Below are positions 38,349 through 48,960 of a stretch of DNA of 64,000 nucleotides, piece by piece. The first letter of the stretch is position 1, and every line of letters starts with the position of its first letter. This DNA comes from an uncultured cyanobacterium (lineage in GTDB: Bacteria; Cyanobacteriota; Cyanobacteriia; Cyanobacteriales; Cyanobacteriaceae), in contig CAVVOP010000021.1 of assembly GCA_963749915.1 (NCBI GenBank), forward strand, positions 704,001-768,000, in the 5' to 3' direction. Made by a program: the position numbers and the translations under genes. Below the pieces are notes generated by a model, which worked only from the letters and a program-made list of their open reading frames with translations, did not search any database and was not told where the DNA came from.

Positions 38349-39086
38349 GTGATCACTCTTACTTATGGGTACAAGGTCAATGCCATATTTAAAGTCTGTT
38401 AATGCACAGGTACTACAACAAACTTTAAAAACTTTAGATAAAGCCTTTGCCGATATGAAAGCAAAGGGTTATGGCTTCCCCCGTTTTCAAAAAGTGAAAA
38501 AGGCGAGTGGATATTATGTGATGATTGCTTTTCAATCTCCAGAATCTTGCCCAGATGCCCCTGTGGGTAAAATAAGTTTGGGTATTGATGCCGGGATAGA
38601 ATCATTAACAAAATAGCTAAATTACATGAAAAAATAGCTAATACTCGCCGTGATTGGCATTTTAAGTTAGCAAATTACCTTTGTAATTTGACAGATAATA
38701 TCTTTGTGGAGGATATAAACTTCATGAGCTGGAGTCGTGGGATTGTGAGAAAACAATCTTTAGATTCTGGAATCGGGCAGTTTATCAATGAAATATTGCC
38801 TTATGTGTGTTGGAAAAGAAGTAAGTTTTATTTGAAGGTTAACAAAGATGGTACATCTCAAGAATGTAGTAACTGTGGTAATCATACGGGCAAAAAGCAG
38901 TTAGGTGAAAGAACACATCATTGTCAGTATTGTGGTTATATTGCACCCAGAGATGTAGTCAGTGCAGAGGTAATTAGAAATAGAGGATTAATTGCGGTAG
39001 GGCATACCGTGAATGAAAATGCTTGTGGAGACCTACTGACGGGGTTTAGTCAAAGTAATTTGACTCAGCTAGTTAAGTGTCTGTGA
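38349..39086 (+). pseudogene. tnpB: TnpB remnant with several internal deletions and frameshifts
   Basis: Pieces: GTG-ITLTYGYK | AQVLQQ...GFPRF | VKKASGYY...LGIDAGI | KLHEKIANTRRDWHFK...VED...TSQECSNCG...CQYCG...RD. Confidence 0.85.
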
Positions 39087-39166
39087 TACAAGAATCCCCC
39101 GTCACAGCGTAAGCTTGACGGCGGGAGTGTCAAGGAGTTTACCATCGATCACGCACCAGTGAGTTT

Positions 39167-40933
39167 TCAAGAGTCCAGTAATTTGGGGATTGCATAAATT
39201 TCTTTTTTTTCTCGACAATTATCTTCTACAATTACAATCATTTTATCTTTATCTAAGGGTGTAATCGCTTTGATAATTTTGTTAATATTTGTTTCTCCTA
39301 AATAATTACCTTGTAAATCTAATAAAGTAATACTTCCTGATTGATTGGCGCAAAGAAATCCCCATGCACTAGGTAGGTAAAAATCAGCCCTGAAATTAAG
39401 AGGGATACGGCGAACGACAAAAGGATCAAACTTAATTAAAACTAAATTATTGGTCCGTTTTTCCCTTGTTAAAAAGGTCTTTGGTATCCCCTGATGATGA
39501 ACAAGACTATGTAATGATAAAAAGACAGTATAGAGATCCTGCCAATCACCACGATGATTAAAAAAACGAAAAAAAGTCTGGTTTTTGTCTATTTCCCATT
39601 GAGTATAAATAACTACTCCGTGATCTTGATCAATAGGGATGATTTGTTTAGGTGAAAAGTCTTTAATTAAAAGAGCAATAGAGGTGAGATTTTTTGGTTC
39701 AATAATTTGGAAACATTGTTCCCCATTCAAGACTTGATTAATAGCAAACCAATGATAATTATTGGCTATTCCATAGGTTAAATATTCGCTTTGAATGTCT
39801 ATTAATGTTTGAATATCGTCATTAAAAGCATCATAGTAAAATAAAGAATATTTGTAATAATTTGATAAATCATGAGTACAAATAATACAACCTGAATTAA
39901 CACTTTGTAAATCAACAATTTGACCATCTAATTCATGGCTGGTAATTATTTTTAGACTAATTCTATCATTAGTGGATTTTTGATAATTTTCAATATAAAA
40001 ATTTTGTGAATTTCCCAGATAAATAAAATTATCTTTAGCGATTAAAAAATTAATATTTTGGTTTATAAATTCTCCATAAATTAAATCTAAACTAATATTT
40101 TTTGGATGTCTTCGATGATATAAAAATTGATTTTGACTTTGCAATTCTAAAGTGGCGTCAAGGATTTCTTTTCTCATTTCTCGAGCAGTGCAAAAACGGT
40201 TTTGAGGCAATTTTTGCAGGGCTTTCCTTAAAATTGATCCTAGGGGAGAAGGTAAATCTTGAGGGAATTGAGGAGTCTGGTTAAGATGTCCTGTCATGAT
40301 TTCCTTAGGGCTACCCCTAAAGGGACGATTACCGATAAGTAATTCATATAACATAATCCCTAGGGCATAAATATCAGAACCATAGGAGTATTTACCATAA
40401 AATTGTTCTGGTGCCATATAAGCAGGAGAGCCAGTGTCACCCATACTACTTAAATTAAGCTCTTTATCTTCTAAATCAATTTTAGCGACACCAAAATCAG
40501 ATATTTTGGCACTCCAACCTTGGGGAGTTAAGCATAATAAGATATTTTCTGGCTTTAAATCTCGGTGAATAATACCTTGTGTGTGAGCATAATTTAACCC
40601 GTCTAAAATATCGCTAATAATTTTTAACTTTTGTTCGATGCTAAGATCAACAGGGTCTTCCAATAAATCCCTTAAAGTACCACCCTCACAATATTCTGTT
40701 ACTAAATGCCGCCGGTGAGAATTATGCTCAATGCCTTGACAACGGACTATATTAGGATGCTCTAAACGTAGAAGAATACGCATTTCCCGTAAAAACTTTT
40801 TCGTGGAGAATTTTTGGGGATTAAATTCTTTTAGTGCCACTAGTTCCCCTGTTTGACGATGGATGGCGGTATAAACTTTGCTAAACTGTCCTTCGCCCAC
40901 TAAGCTCAGGGATCTATAGTGAGAATCTTTCAC
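39167..40933 (-). CDS. Hanks-type Ser/Thr protein kinase with uncharacterised C-terminal domain
   Basis: GEGQFSKVY, VALK, HRDLKPEN, DFG, YMAPE, DIYALG. Confidence 0.92.
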   Translation of the reverse strand: MKDSHYRSLSLVGEGQFSKVYTAIHRQTGELVALKEFNPQKFSTKKFLREMRILLRLEHPNIVRCQGIEHNSHRRHLVTEYCEGGTLRDLLEDPVDLSIEQKLKIISDILDGLNYAHTQGIIHRDLKPENILLCLTPQGWSAKISDFGVAKIDLEDKELNLSSMGDTGSPAYMAPEQFYGKYSYGSDIYALGIMLYELLIGNRPFRGSPKEIMTGHLNQTPQFPQDLPSPLGSILRKALQKLPQNRFCTAREMRKEILDATLELQSQNQFLYHRRHPKNISLDLIYGEFINQNINFLIAKDNFIYLGNSQNFYIENYQKSTNDRISLKIITSHELDGQIVDLQSVNSGCIICTHDLSNYYKYSLFYYDAFNDDIQTLIDIQSEYLTYGIANNYHWFAINQVLNGEQCFQIIEPKNLTSIALLIKDFSPKQIIPIDQDHGVVIYTQWEIDKNQTFFRFFNHRGDWQDLYTVFLSLHSLVHHQGIPKTFLTREKRTNNLVLIKFDPFVVRRIPLNFRADFYLPSAWGFLCANQSGSITLLDLQGNYLGETNINKIIKAITPLDKDKMIVIVEDNCREKKEIYAIPKLLDS

Positions 40934-41180
40934 AATCTTATACCTATATCGTTAAAGATAATGTGCCGGATCATATCATTTTCAGTGGTAGTCCGTCAAG
41001 TTTGAATTGAAACAGGGAAATTTGGAATTTAGAATTTAGAATTCAGAAGGGAAATTTTCACGAATTTATTACCTTCTGCCTCCTGCCTTACCACCGCCGA
41101 CAATTATATTTTCCAAAACCCTCGCAGTATTGGTTAATAATGGAAGTAAAAATATCCTAATTTACTCAAAATGACTGGTC

Positions 41181-42698
41181 ATGATCAATACTAATTGGCA
41201 AAAATTACAAAATGGTTCAGATATTCGGGGAGTTGCTTTAACAGGCATAGAAGGAGAAGACGTTAACCTAACTCCTGATGTTGTCGCTTTTATCGGTAAG
41301 GCTTTTGCCCTCTGGTTGAGTCAGCAAAAAAATAAGCCTACTTCTGAATTAACCATCTCCATCGGTAGGGATAGTCGCTTATCTGGTGAAACTTTAATGA
41401 ATGCCACTATGAAAGCGATCGCTAGTTTGGGGGTAAAAGTATATGATTTTGGGATGGCATCTACTCCCGCCATGTTTATAAGTACGATCACCATAGATTA
41501 TCAGTGTGACGGTGCAATTATGTTAACCGCCAGTCATCTGCCCTTTAACCGTAATGGCCTAAAATTTTTTACCGATAAAGGGGGTTTAGAAAAACAAGAT
41601 ATTACCGAAATTCTATCCCTTGCCGAAAAAGGGGAATTTCCCTTCGTTGAGAAAATGGGCAACATTGAAAAGCGTGATTTTATGTCGATTTATGGGAATC
41701 AGTTTGTCACCAAAATTAGAGAAGCTGTTAACCATCCCAATCATTTTGAAACCCCTTTACAAGGTTTGAAAATTATTGTTGATGCTGGAAATGGGGCAGG
41801 GGGTTTTTATGCTACAAAAGTTCTTCAACCTTTAGGTGCGGATATAGAAGGTAGTCAATTTTTAGAGCCTGATGGCACTTTTCCTAATCATATTCCCAAT
41901 CCTGAAAATAAGGAAGCCATGATGTCGATTTCTCAAGCCGTCATTAATAATCAGGCCGATTTTGGTATAATATTTGACACTGACGTCGATCGTAGTGCCG
42001 CCGTTGATAGTCAAGGAAAAGAATTAAACCGCAATAAATTAATTGCCTTAATTAGTGCCATAATTTTAAAAGAACATCCTCATAGTACTATCGTTACTGA
42101 TTCTATTACTTCCGATGGTTTGACTCAGTTTATCGAAAAAGAATTAAAAGGGAAACATTACCGTTTTAAAAGAGGTTATAAAAATGTAATTAATGAATCT
42201 TTACGGTTAAATAAAGAGGGTGTAGAATCATGGTTAGCGATGGAAACATCAGGCCATGCAGCCTTTAAAGAAAACTATTTTCTCGATGACGGTGCATATT
42301 TAGTCACTAAATTATTGATAGAATTGGCTAAACTAAAGTTAGAAAATAAGAATTTAACGGAATTAATTAGTACCTTAAATGAACCGATAGAAAGTGAAGA
42401 ATTTAGGTTAGTAATTAGTGCTAAAAATTTTAAGGATTATGGTAATAAGGTCATAGAAAAATTAACAGAATTTAGTGCTAAGCAACCAGACTGGAATATT
42501 ATTCCCAATAACTATGAGGGGATAAGGGTTTCTTGTCAAGGTGAATCAGAACAAGGCTGGTTTTTATTACGTTTATCTCTTCATGATCCTGTTTTACCGT
42601 TAAATATTGAAACAAATATTCAGGGAGGAGTCGCAAAAATAGCAGCCCGTTTATGGAAATTTTTAGCTCAATTTGAGGAATTAAAGTTAAACAATTAA
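41181..42698 (+). CDS. Phosphomannomutase/phosphoglucomutase
   Basis: NGSDIRG, TASHLP (phosphoserine loop), FDTDVDR (metal loop), METSGH. Confidence 0.93.
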   Translation: MINTNWQKLQNGSDIRGVALTGIEGEDVNLTPDVVAFIGKAFALWLSQQKNKPTSELTISIGRDSRLSGETLMNATMKAIASLGVKVYDFGMASTPAMFISTITIDYQCDGAIMLTASHLPFNRNGLKFFTDKGGLEKQDITEILSLAEKGEFPFVEKMGNIEKRDFMSIYGNQFVTKIREAVNHPNHFETPLQGLKIIVDAGNGAGGFYATKVLQPLGADIEGSQFLEPDGTFPNHIPNPENKEAMMSISQAVINNQADFGIIFDTDVDRSAAVDSQGKELNRNKLIALISAIILKEHPHSTIVTDSITSDGLTQFIEKELKGKHYRFKRGYKNVINESLRLNKEGVESWLAMETSGHAAFKENYFLDDGAYLVTKLLIELAKLKLENKNLTELISTLNEPIESEEFRLVISAKNFKDYGNKVIEKLTEFSAKQPDWNIIPNNYEGIRVSCQGESEQGWFLLRLSLHDPVLPLNIETNIQGGVAKIAARLWKFLAQFEELKLNN

Positions 42699-42712
42699 CA
42701 ATGGCTCTTCTG

Positions 42713-42990
42713 CCCACATTCAGCAGGTTATTTAAGATAAAAAATAATATTTCTGAGAAGAGGCACCAAGGCACTGCAAAATTAGTACTTGTTTATCAGT
42801 CAATTTAATCAAAGACTCCATCCTATCAACAAATACTAAATGAACTGACTGAAAACATTGAAGAATCCATCTTAAAGTAGGTCGAGCCGTAGGCTTACCT
42901 TTTTGATTAGGAAGGGTAGAATTAGTGCGTTCTAATGCATGCCTAAGTTGGCGTTGTCCTAAACTATAGACCATGAGGGCCAAGATCATT
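42713..42990 (-). pseudogene. IS1634 transposase 3' fragment with terminal repeat
   Basis: LMVYSLGQRQLR...PTLRWILQCFQ...KYY; CCCACATTCAGCAG resembles the reverse complement of the IS1634 end at 33648-33660. Confidence 0.8.
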
Positions 42991-43259
42991 TTCCTCTGAG
43001 GAACTAACTTTGACAATTATTTTTTTGGCGATCGCCTGTCTTTGTTAGCGATCGCCTGCCTACATTTTTCAAAAGGTGAATCCTTAAGTCAGCGCCATTC
43101 GTATTAGAGACGAAGGCTTAGGCTTTAAATTCATATTCAATCAAAAAACTAAATCCATTAATCAGTAAATGCACAATCATATTGATGCAGTTGGCAAGAC
43201 CTTGACAAAATATTTTCAAATTGAGAATATAAATAAAAGACAAAAACCAACTAATAAAA

Positions 43260-43559
43260 ATGCGTGTCATCAGTCGCCGAATACTACGAGAGTTTTGTCA
43301 GAGTCATAGAGATTCTTGTACTGCCCTTGAGCAATGGTATCGGCTTGCTAGTAAAGCCCAGTGGCAGAACTTAATTGAAGTTCAACAAACCTATAAGACT
43401 GCCGAGGCGGTTGGTAACTTTACTGCATTCAATATTAGAGGGAACAACTATCGTTTGATTGCCGATGTGATTTATGCTCGTCAAACTATATATATCAAGT
43501 ACATTTTGACCCATGCAGAATATGATAGAGGAGGTTGGAAAAATGACCCTTACTTTTAG
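43260..43559 (+). CDS. higB: Type II toxin HigB (RelE superfamily)
   Basis: MRVISRRILREF, FNIRGNNYRLI, ILTHAEYD. Confidence 0.9.
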   Translation: MRVISRRILREFCQSHRDSCTALEQWYRLASKAQWQNLIEVQQTYKTAEAVGNFTAFNIRGNNYRLIADVIYARQTIYIKYILTHAEYDRGGWKNDPYF

Positions 43560-43941
43560 TCCAGATAAATACGGTACATTACTAGCACAATATCAGCCTA
43601 AGCCCATTACTACCGAAGCAGAAAACGAAAAGGCGATCGCTCTTGCTCAAGAACTCGAACATCGTGATGATTTAAGCAAAGAAGAAGAAACTTTCCTGGA
43701 ATTATTATTAGTATTAATCGAAAAATTTGAAGACGAAAAATATCCTATATCAGAAGGAAATCCACAAGAAATGTTAAAACATTTAATGACAGAAAACGAG
43801 ATCAAACAAGAAGAATTGGTGGGAATTATTGGCTCAAGAGGAGTAGTTTCTGAAGTAGTAAATGGCAAAAGAAGTATTAGTAAAAATCAAGCCAAAGCAT
43901 TAGCTGAATTTTTTCATGTCGATGTTTCATTATTTATTTAA
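43543..43941 (+). CDS. higA: Type II antitoxin HigA (HTH)
   Basis: MTLTF...PKPITTEAENEKA, LIEKFE, GSRGVVSEVVNGKRSISK; overlaps the toxin 3' end. Confidence 0.9.
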   Translation: MTLTFSPDKYGTLLAQYQPKPITTEAENEKAIALAQELEHRDDLSKEEETFLELLLVLIEKFEDEKYPISEGNPQEMLKHLMTENEIKQEELVGIIGSRGVVSEVVNGKRSISKNQAKALAEFFHVDVSLFI

Positions 43942-44036
43942 TTTATAATTAATTATCTTTTTGGCAAGTTATCGAAATTTAGATATTAAGTTTTATGGGC
44001 GATCGCTTGAATGTTTTCAGTGGTGATCGCTTTGTA

Positions 44037-44410
44037 TTACAGCGGCATAAGCACCTCCAAAACTTGTTGAGAGGATTGACCTTGAGCAAACAAGCTCTGT
44101 GCTAGAGATAATAATTGACCTAAAGCCTCGCGACTTAGAGAATAAAGCTTTTGATCTAAAGTTTGCTTTCCTTCAGCAAACCTAAATCCCTCAGATTTCT
44201 GCCCACCACAAGTGGCTCTCTGAAGTAACGACTGCACTACACAACTCAATCGAAAGTGGCGCTTAACCGCTTCGTAGTTGAGTACCTGAGACGACTCCAG
44301 ACCAGTAGCTTGCTTGCTGAACTCATGAAAGACCTCTATTGGCCAAGGATAAATCCAAGTTTGGATAACTCTCTCACTTTCCCAGTGCAGTGCATCAGAA
44401 TGTTTATTTT
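44037..44410 (-). pseudogene. Transposase C-terminal fragment (IS701/IS4-like)
   Basis: SDALHWE...WPIEVFHEFSKQATGLESSQ...KRHFRLSC (W.IE..H..K motif). Confidence 0.65.
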
Positions 44411-44503
44411 TTGACTCAATCAGTTGAGTCAATTGAACGGTCAACACCCCCAAAAGCATAATTGGCATCTAGGAAATTTCCTTTGAGCATGAATGCCTTC
44501 TAA

Positions 44504-45133
44504 GAGAGCATGTTTGAAAATTCAAAATTAAGTGGACACCTGAGTCGACGAACTCCGAGTCAAACGTCTTAACATAAGATTGATCATGGAGATATAAAGC
44601 ATGGTTTCGCTGGTGGTTGGTAAATATTCATAATCCTTGCTCAAACGACGATACCGCCCAAACCAACCAAAAGTTCGCTCCACTACCCAACGTTTTGGTA
44701 AAACCTCAAACCCTTTCGTATTTTGATTCCGTTTAATTGTTTCCACCACCCAATCAAACCAACGTTTAACCCAGAGTTGCAACGGTTGACCATCATAACC
44801 ACCATCGACCCAAATTAGTTTCAAGTTCGGAAAGAGATGACGAATCTTGAACGAAAGAAATTTAAAGCCTCTTCTCTCTTGAATTGATGCACTGTGTACC
44901 ATTACAGCCAGAAGTAAGCCCATCACATCCACTATAATGTATAGCGTTGATAATTTCTCGAACATCTATCGTTCTGGGTCTTCCTCGATGATTTGCTCTT
45001 GGGAAGAAACTGGCAATTTTCAACCATTGTTCATCAGTGATATCAGTATCGTAACTTGGGCGCATCATAGAAGAGAATTTTTATCTAATTTTGAGTTCCT
45101 TGACTCATTCTACGATTTTTCAAACACTCTCTC
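44504..45133 (-). mobile_element. IS5-family element with internally deleted transposase
   Basis: Imperfect TIRs GAGAGCATGTTTGAAAA / TTTTCAAACACTCTCTC. N-terminus YDTDITDEQW...GRPR...IINAI is joined out of frame to VDVMGL...DGGY...KRWVVERTFGW. Confidence 0.85.
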
Positions 45134-45470
45134 TCAGCCAAGAGTGTAGGTTTTCGCAAGGTTACTACCGAACTAATAACTTATAGTTATTAGAAAGTTT
45201 TTTGTGTTGTCCGGCACTACTTTTTCTCAGAGATAGGCTAAATCTCCGGCTTTCTTAAGTTTTCTCCTCAAAGTCTCCTTCGGGAACAATCCCTAGACAG
45301 AAGCACTCAGAAGTGATTGGAGCAAAATCCGCTCCTTCTCCAAACAAACCGAAATCTAAGTTCAGTTTTTCCCTTTGTAACAATTTGCCCAGTTTTATTA
45401 AGATTTGTTGCATTTACTTGTCAAACTTGTTAAGCTGTGCATGCACAGTGTTACTAGAGGAGTAACTTTC

Positions 45471-45578
45471 ATGACAACTATGACGATCGCTTTAATTTCC
45501 GTGTTGGTTCTCGGCTGGCTTCTAGCTGCCACCATTGGGACTTGGGCTTACTTTGCCAATGAACGACCCGACTCTTGA
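45471..45578 (+). CDS. Unannotated 35-aa single-TM small protein (Psb35/Norf1-like helix)
   Basis: GAGGAG RBS; MTTMTIALISVLVLGWLLAATIGTWAYFANERPDS*; below the ORF-track size cutoff. Confidence 0.6.
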   Translation: MTTMTIALISVLVLGWLLAATIGTWAYFANERPDS

Positions 45579-45779
45579 GGGAATGAGAAAAACCGGCCGA
45601 GAATAGTGAAGATTCTCGATGGCAGGTCTTTCCTTTACCCTAATCGGTAATTTAGTTGTGAGTTTTCTCAACACAAATGATTAACTTTCAATCCCGTAAA
45701 CCGACTAGCCCAGAAGGTTTACGGTTACTATCATACAATATTTTCACTCTCTACTTTCCTTCCTCGCTCGCTGACGTCG

Positions 45780-45878
45780 CAATACTGCTCGGTTCACAGA
45801 AATTTGTCGGTTGAGGCAGCTCCTCAGGTCCTCAGCTTCTCTGGAGAAGAAACAAAAATTCTCAACCGAGCAGTGTTG
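45780..45878. mobile_element. MITE with 15-bp terminal inverted repeats
   Basis: CAATACTGCTCGGTT ... AACCGAGCAGTGTTG; related ends at 14687 and about 41118-41132. Confidence 0.75.
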
Positions 45879-45980
45879 GGAATAGGGGTTAATCTGAAAA
45901 GCTTGTAGAATAAAGGTCTTAATGCGAATTACAAAATTCCTTGTTTAAAATTAAGCGAACGGTGAGTTAAGGGGGTAGTC

Positions 45981-46591
45981 TTGCAGCAACCAAGTTTATT
46001 AGCCAAGCTAGTGCGAGGGGCAGGGGTCGCACTAACGATACAAGTATTCAGTACCCTGGTTTTGTACGGTTCTCAGGTATTGCTCGCCCGCTGGCTGGGC
46101 ACGGCTGCTTACGGCGTCTATGATTATGCCCTCGCCATGGGTATATTTTGGGCCTTTATCGCCGAATTGGGCTTACCGACGGCAGTACTGCGATTTATTT
46201 CAATCTACAAAGCTCAGTCAGACTGGGCACACCTACGCTGACAAGGGTAGGTTTTTAACATTTGGGTGGAGACAAGACAAGGAAGGAACGAAGGACAGTA
46301 GACAAGGGAGATAATACAAACGAAAAATGGTCTTTTCAGCAATTTCTGTATTACTTGTAATAAAGTACTTCTTGAATAATTCCCCTCTTCCTTGTCCACT
46401 TTCCACCCTTGTCCCCCTTTTCTCACCCTCACCAGAATGCTTTTGTAAAAAGCCTACACTGGTGAGTTGTGGGGGTTGCCATGGCTACGGCGTTTTCCCT
46501 GGCCCTGTGGAATGTTTGGTTGTATCTGCTGGTGGTTCAAGAGCTGGGTGTCCGCCCGTCAATTCTCGATGCATTTCGAGGGCAAATTTAG
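45981..46591 (+). pseudogene. Wzx-like polysaccharide flippase: N- and C-termini only, centre replaced by a MITE
   Basis: N-terminus LLARWLG...YG...AELGLPTAVLRFI; C-terminus GVAMATAFSLALWN... after a MITE at 46246-46458 (GTAGGTTTTTAACA / TGTAAAAAGCCTAC). Confidence 0.7.
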
Positions 46592-46762
46592 CTTAAGGGA
46601 ATGATCTGGCGTTCTGGTTCTGGTTCTAACGGATTTTATCGCTGAAAACTTTATCCAGTATAGATTTAAGAAAAATTTCCGGATCAGGATAAATTTATGT
46701 CTTGACTTTTGTATTGTAATTAGCTGTTTTATTTCTAGATTATTGGTATTGTTACTTAGTGT

Positions 46763-47308
46763 TTACCATAAAAATAATTGGTTAATTGACAATTCTAAAT
46801 TAGGAAAAGATTGAGGTTTAATTATCCCTTCAGAAACAATTTTTGTTATTTGATAATCGCCATTTTCAGCAGTCAAAAAAATGTGAACTTGACGACGATT
46901 AATATCAGCAACCCAATACTCTTTTATACCTTCTTGAGCATAAATTCTTTTCTTGTCATTAAGATCGTAATTTAGAGTTTGATTCGAGACTTCAATTAAC
47001 CAGAAAATATCTTCGGAGTATGGATGTCTATTCTTGTACTGATTTCCAGGCAGTTTTACTATAGCCACATCAGGTTCTGGTTCGGAATTACTTAATGTCA
47101 CGGGATGTGCTTCTATTACTAATGCCAATCCCTTCAAAACCTCACGAAGATAATCAACTCCACTTCTTGTTACATAGCTGTGTAAGGGGCTTTCTGGAGG
47201 CATCTCGATCAATTCTCCCTCTAATAGTTCTACATTTCTATTAGCTAATACCCCATTGTCAATCAGATTATGGTAATCCTCTAACGACCATTTCATTAAG
47301 GTTTTCAT
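46763..47308 (-). CDS. Uma2 family endonuclease-like protein
   Basis: WSLEDYH, VELLEGELIEMPP, SEPEPDVAIV, LIEVS, YAQEGIKEYWV. Confidence 0.88.
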   Translation of the reverse strand: MKTLMKWSLEDYHNLIDNGVLANRNVELLEGELIEMPPESPLHSYVTRSGVDYLREVLKGLALVIEAHPVTLSNSEPEPDVAIVKLPGNQYKNRHPYSEDIFWLIEVSNQTLNYDLNDKKRIYAQEGIKEYWVADINRRQVHIFLTAENGDYQITKIVSEGIIKPQSFPNLELSINQLFLW

Positions 47309-47405
47309 AACAATTACATTCAACATTTGATTTCGATCGATATAACACCAAGATTAACATAAAATTCTTTACCGATCGCTATGTATAAAACCGTTATCAC
47401 CGTTG

Positions 47406-48392
47406 TTACCCCTTCTGATTTTTAAACCAATCTGCCGTTACTTTCAATCCTTCATCCACTGTATAAGGCGGTGTCCAATTTAACATAGTCCGAATTTTAC
47501 TACTATCCACCTGTAACGATCCTAAAAGACGATCGCTCACATCTCCTTTTCCAACTAATTTTGTGCCCAATTTCAATAACTTAGGGGGAAAAGGCAAAAG
47601 TAACGGTGATTTGCCCATCACTTTACCGATACGTCGGATTAACTCAGGAGTCGATAAATCTTCTCCATCACTGACAATAAAAGTTTGATTTTTGGCATTG
47701 GGATGTTCAATACAGGTCATAATGGCATCTACCAAATTACCTATATAAACAAGGCTACGGGAATTTTGAATGGAAGCAAAAGGGAGCGGAATTTGTTTAT
47801 CAACGATTTTAAGTAATTGTAGGAAATTAGCTTTGACTCCAGCACCATAAATGAGGGTAGGGCGAATGATAACGACTTCCAAGCCTGTTTCTTGGGCTAG
47901 TTTTAATAAACCCTGTTCTGCTTCCCATTTACTTTGTCCATAGGGATCAACAGGATTTACGGGATCTTCTTCCGTATAAGGATGAGATAAATTAGATGTT
48001 CCTTCGCCGTTAACTTTGATGGAACTAAGGTAAATAAAACGTTTAACCCCATTATTAAACGCCTGTTTGGCTAAAGATATAGCAGCGTAGGTATTAATTG
48101 TTCGATAGGCTTCAAGAGAAGAGGACTTGCGATCGTTCATTTGATGAACTCTTGCCGCTAAGTAAACAATTACATTGGTCTTGTTTAAAGATTCAGGTGG
48201 GAAGGATTCATTAAGAGAATTAACAAGAATAGCATTAACACCTATGGGCAATTTTTCACTGTCATTAATCTTTCTGATGGTAGCGGATACCTGGTAGTTT
48301 TCCTTTATCAGTCGATGACATAAAAAAGATCCCACAAATCCCGTCGCACCTGTTACCAGAATTGAACTTAATTGATTGATCGGTACATTCAT
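47406..48392 (-). CDS. NAD-dependent epimerase/dehydratase (UDP-sugar 4-reductase/epimerase type)
   Basis: VTGATGFVG, LAARVH, SSIKVNGE, YGQSK, RSLVYIGNL. Confidence 0.9.
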   Translation of the reverse strand: MNVPINQLSSILVTGATGFVGSFLCHRLIKENYQVSATIRKINDSEKLPIGVNAILVNSLNESFPPESLNKTNVIVYLAARVHQMNDRKSSSLEAYRTINTYAAISLAKQAFNNGVKRFIYLSSIKVNGEGTSNLSHPYTEEDPVNPVDPYGQSKWEAEQGLLKLAQETGLEVVIIRPTLIYGAGVKANFLQLLKIVDKQIPLPFASIQNSRSLVYIGNLVDAIMTCIEHPNAKNQTFIVSDGEDLSTPELIRRIGKVMGKSPLLLPFPPKLLKLGTKLVGKGDVSDRLLGSLQVDSSKIRTMLNWTPPYTVDEGLKVTADWFKNQKG

Positions 48393-48903
48393 TTTTCTTT
48401 TTTCCTCGGATCAAATGGAGCTAGTGAGCGATAAATTAGATGGCTCAAACCAGGGGGAAAAATTGCTCTCAGAATGGGTGCCATAACAGCTAGATATTGC
48501 CATTTCGGAAGGTTGAGCATTCTGCAACCATTCCAGCCAATTTGAGCCTGATAGATAGCTTGTTTGAGACGTTGTTTTTGTTGACTTTTTGAAGTAAAGC
48601 GGTAATAAATTAAAACATCTGGCAAATTTGCAAATACTAAACCTACTTTAAGACAGCGAAACCAAAGTTCATAGTCTTCTTGACGACGACTAGCCTGATG
48701 TTGATAATTTCCAGCGAATAAAATTTTGTCTCTTTTAAAAGTAACGGTGGGATGAATCAAAGGACAAGCCCAAATAGAGTCTGCTATTTGCTCATGAGAA
48801 AGGGGCATTTGAGAGACAAACATCATCGGCATCCATCCGAATAATATATTTACCCCTTGCTTTTTCTGTTCTCAACCGTAGCCGTTAAGCACTTCTCGGA
48901 CAT
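48389..48903 (-). pseudogene. GT2 glycosyltransferase remnant (internal deletion)
   Basis: Only the C-terminal HPTVTF...EDYELW...YYR segment is recognisable, with a scrambled short N-terminus. Confidence 0.65.
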
Positions 48904-48960
48904 TTATTTCTCTTAATTATTCTTCCAGCTAAACTCTATGATGAAAAAATATTCATAAAT

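Larger units (their letters stand above)
37854..39133. mobile_element. IS200/IS605-family element (divergent tnpA, decayed tnpB)
   Basis: tnpA and tnpB remnants. Right-end hairpin CCCCCGTCA...TGACGGCGGG ends in TCAA; left junction TTAAAT|GTCAAAA. Confidence 0.85.
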
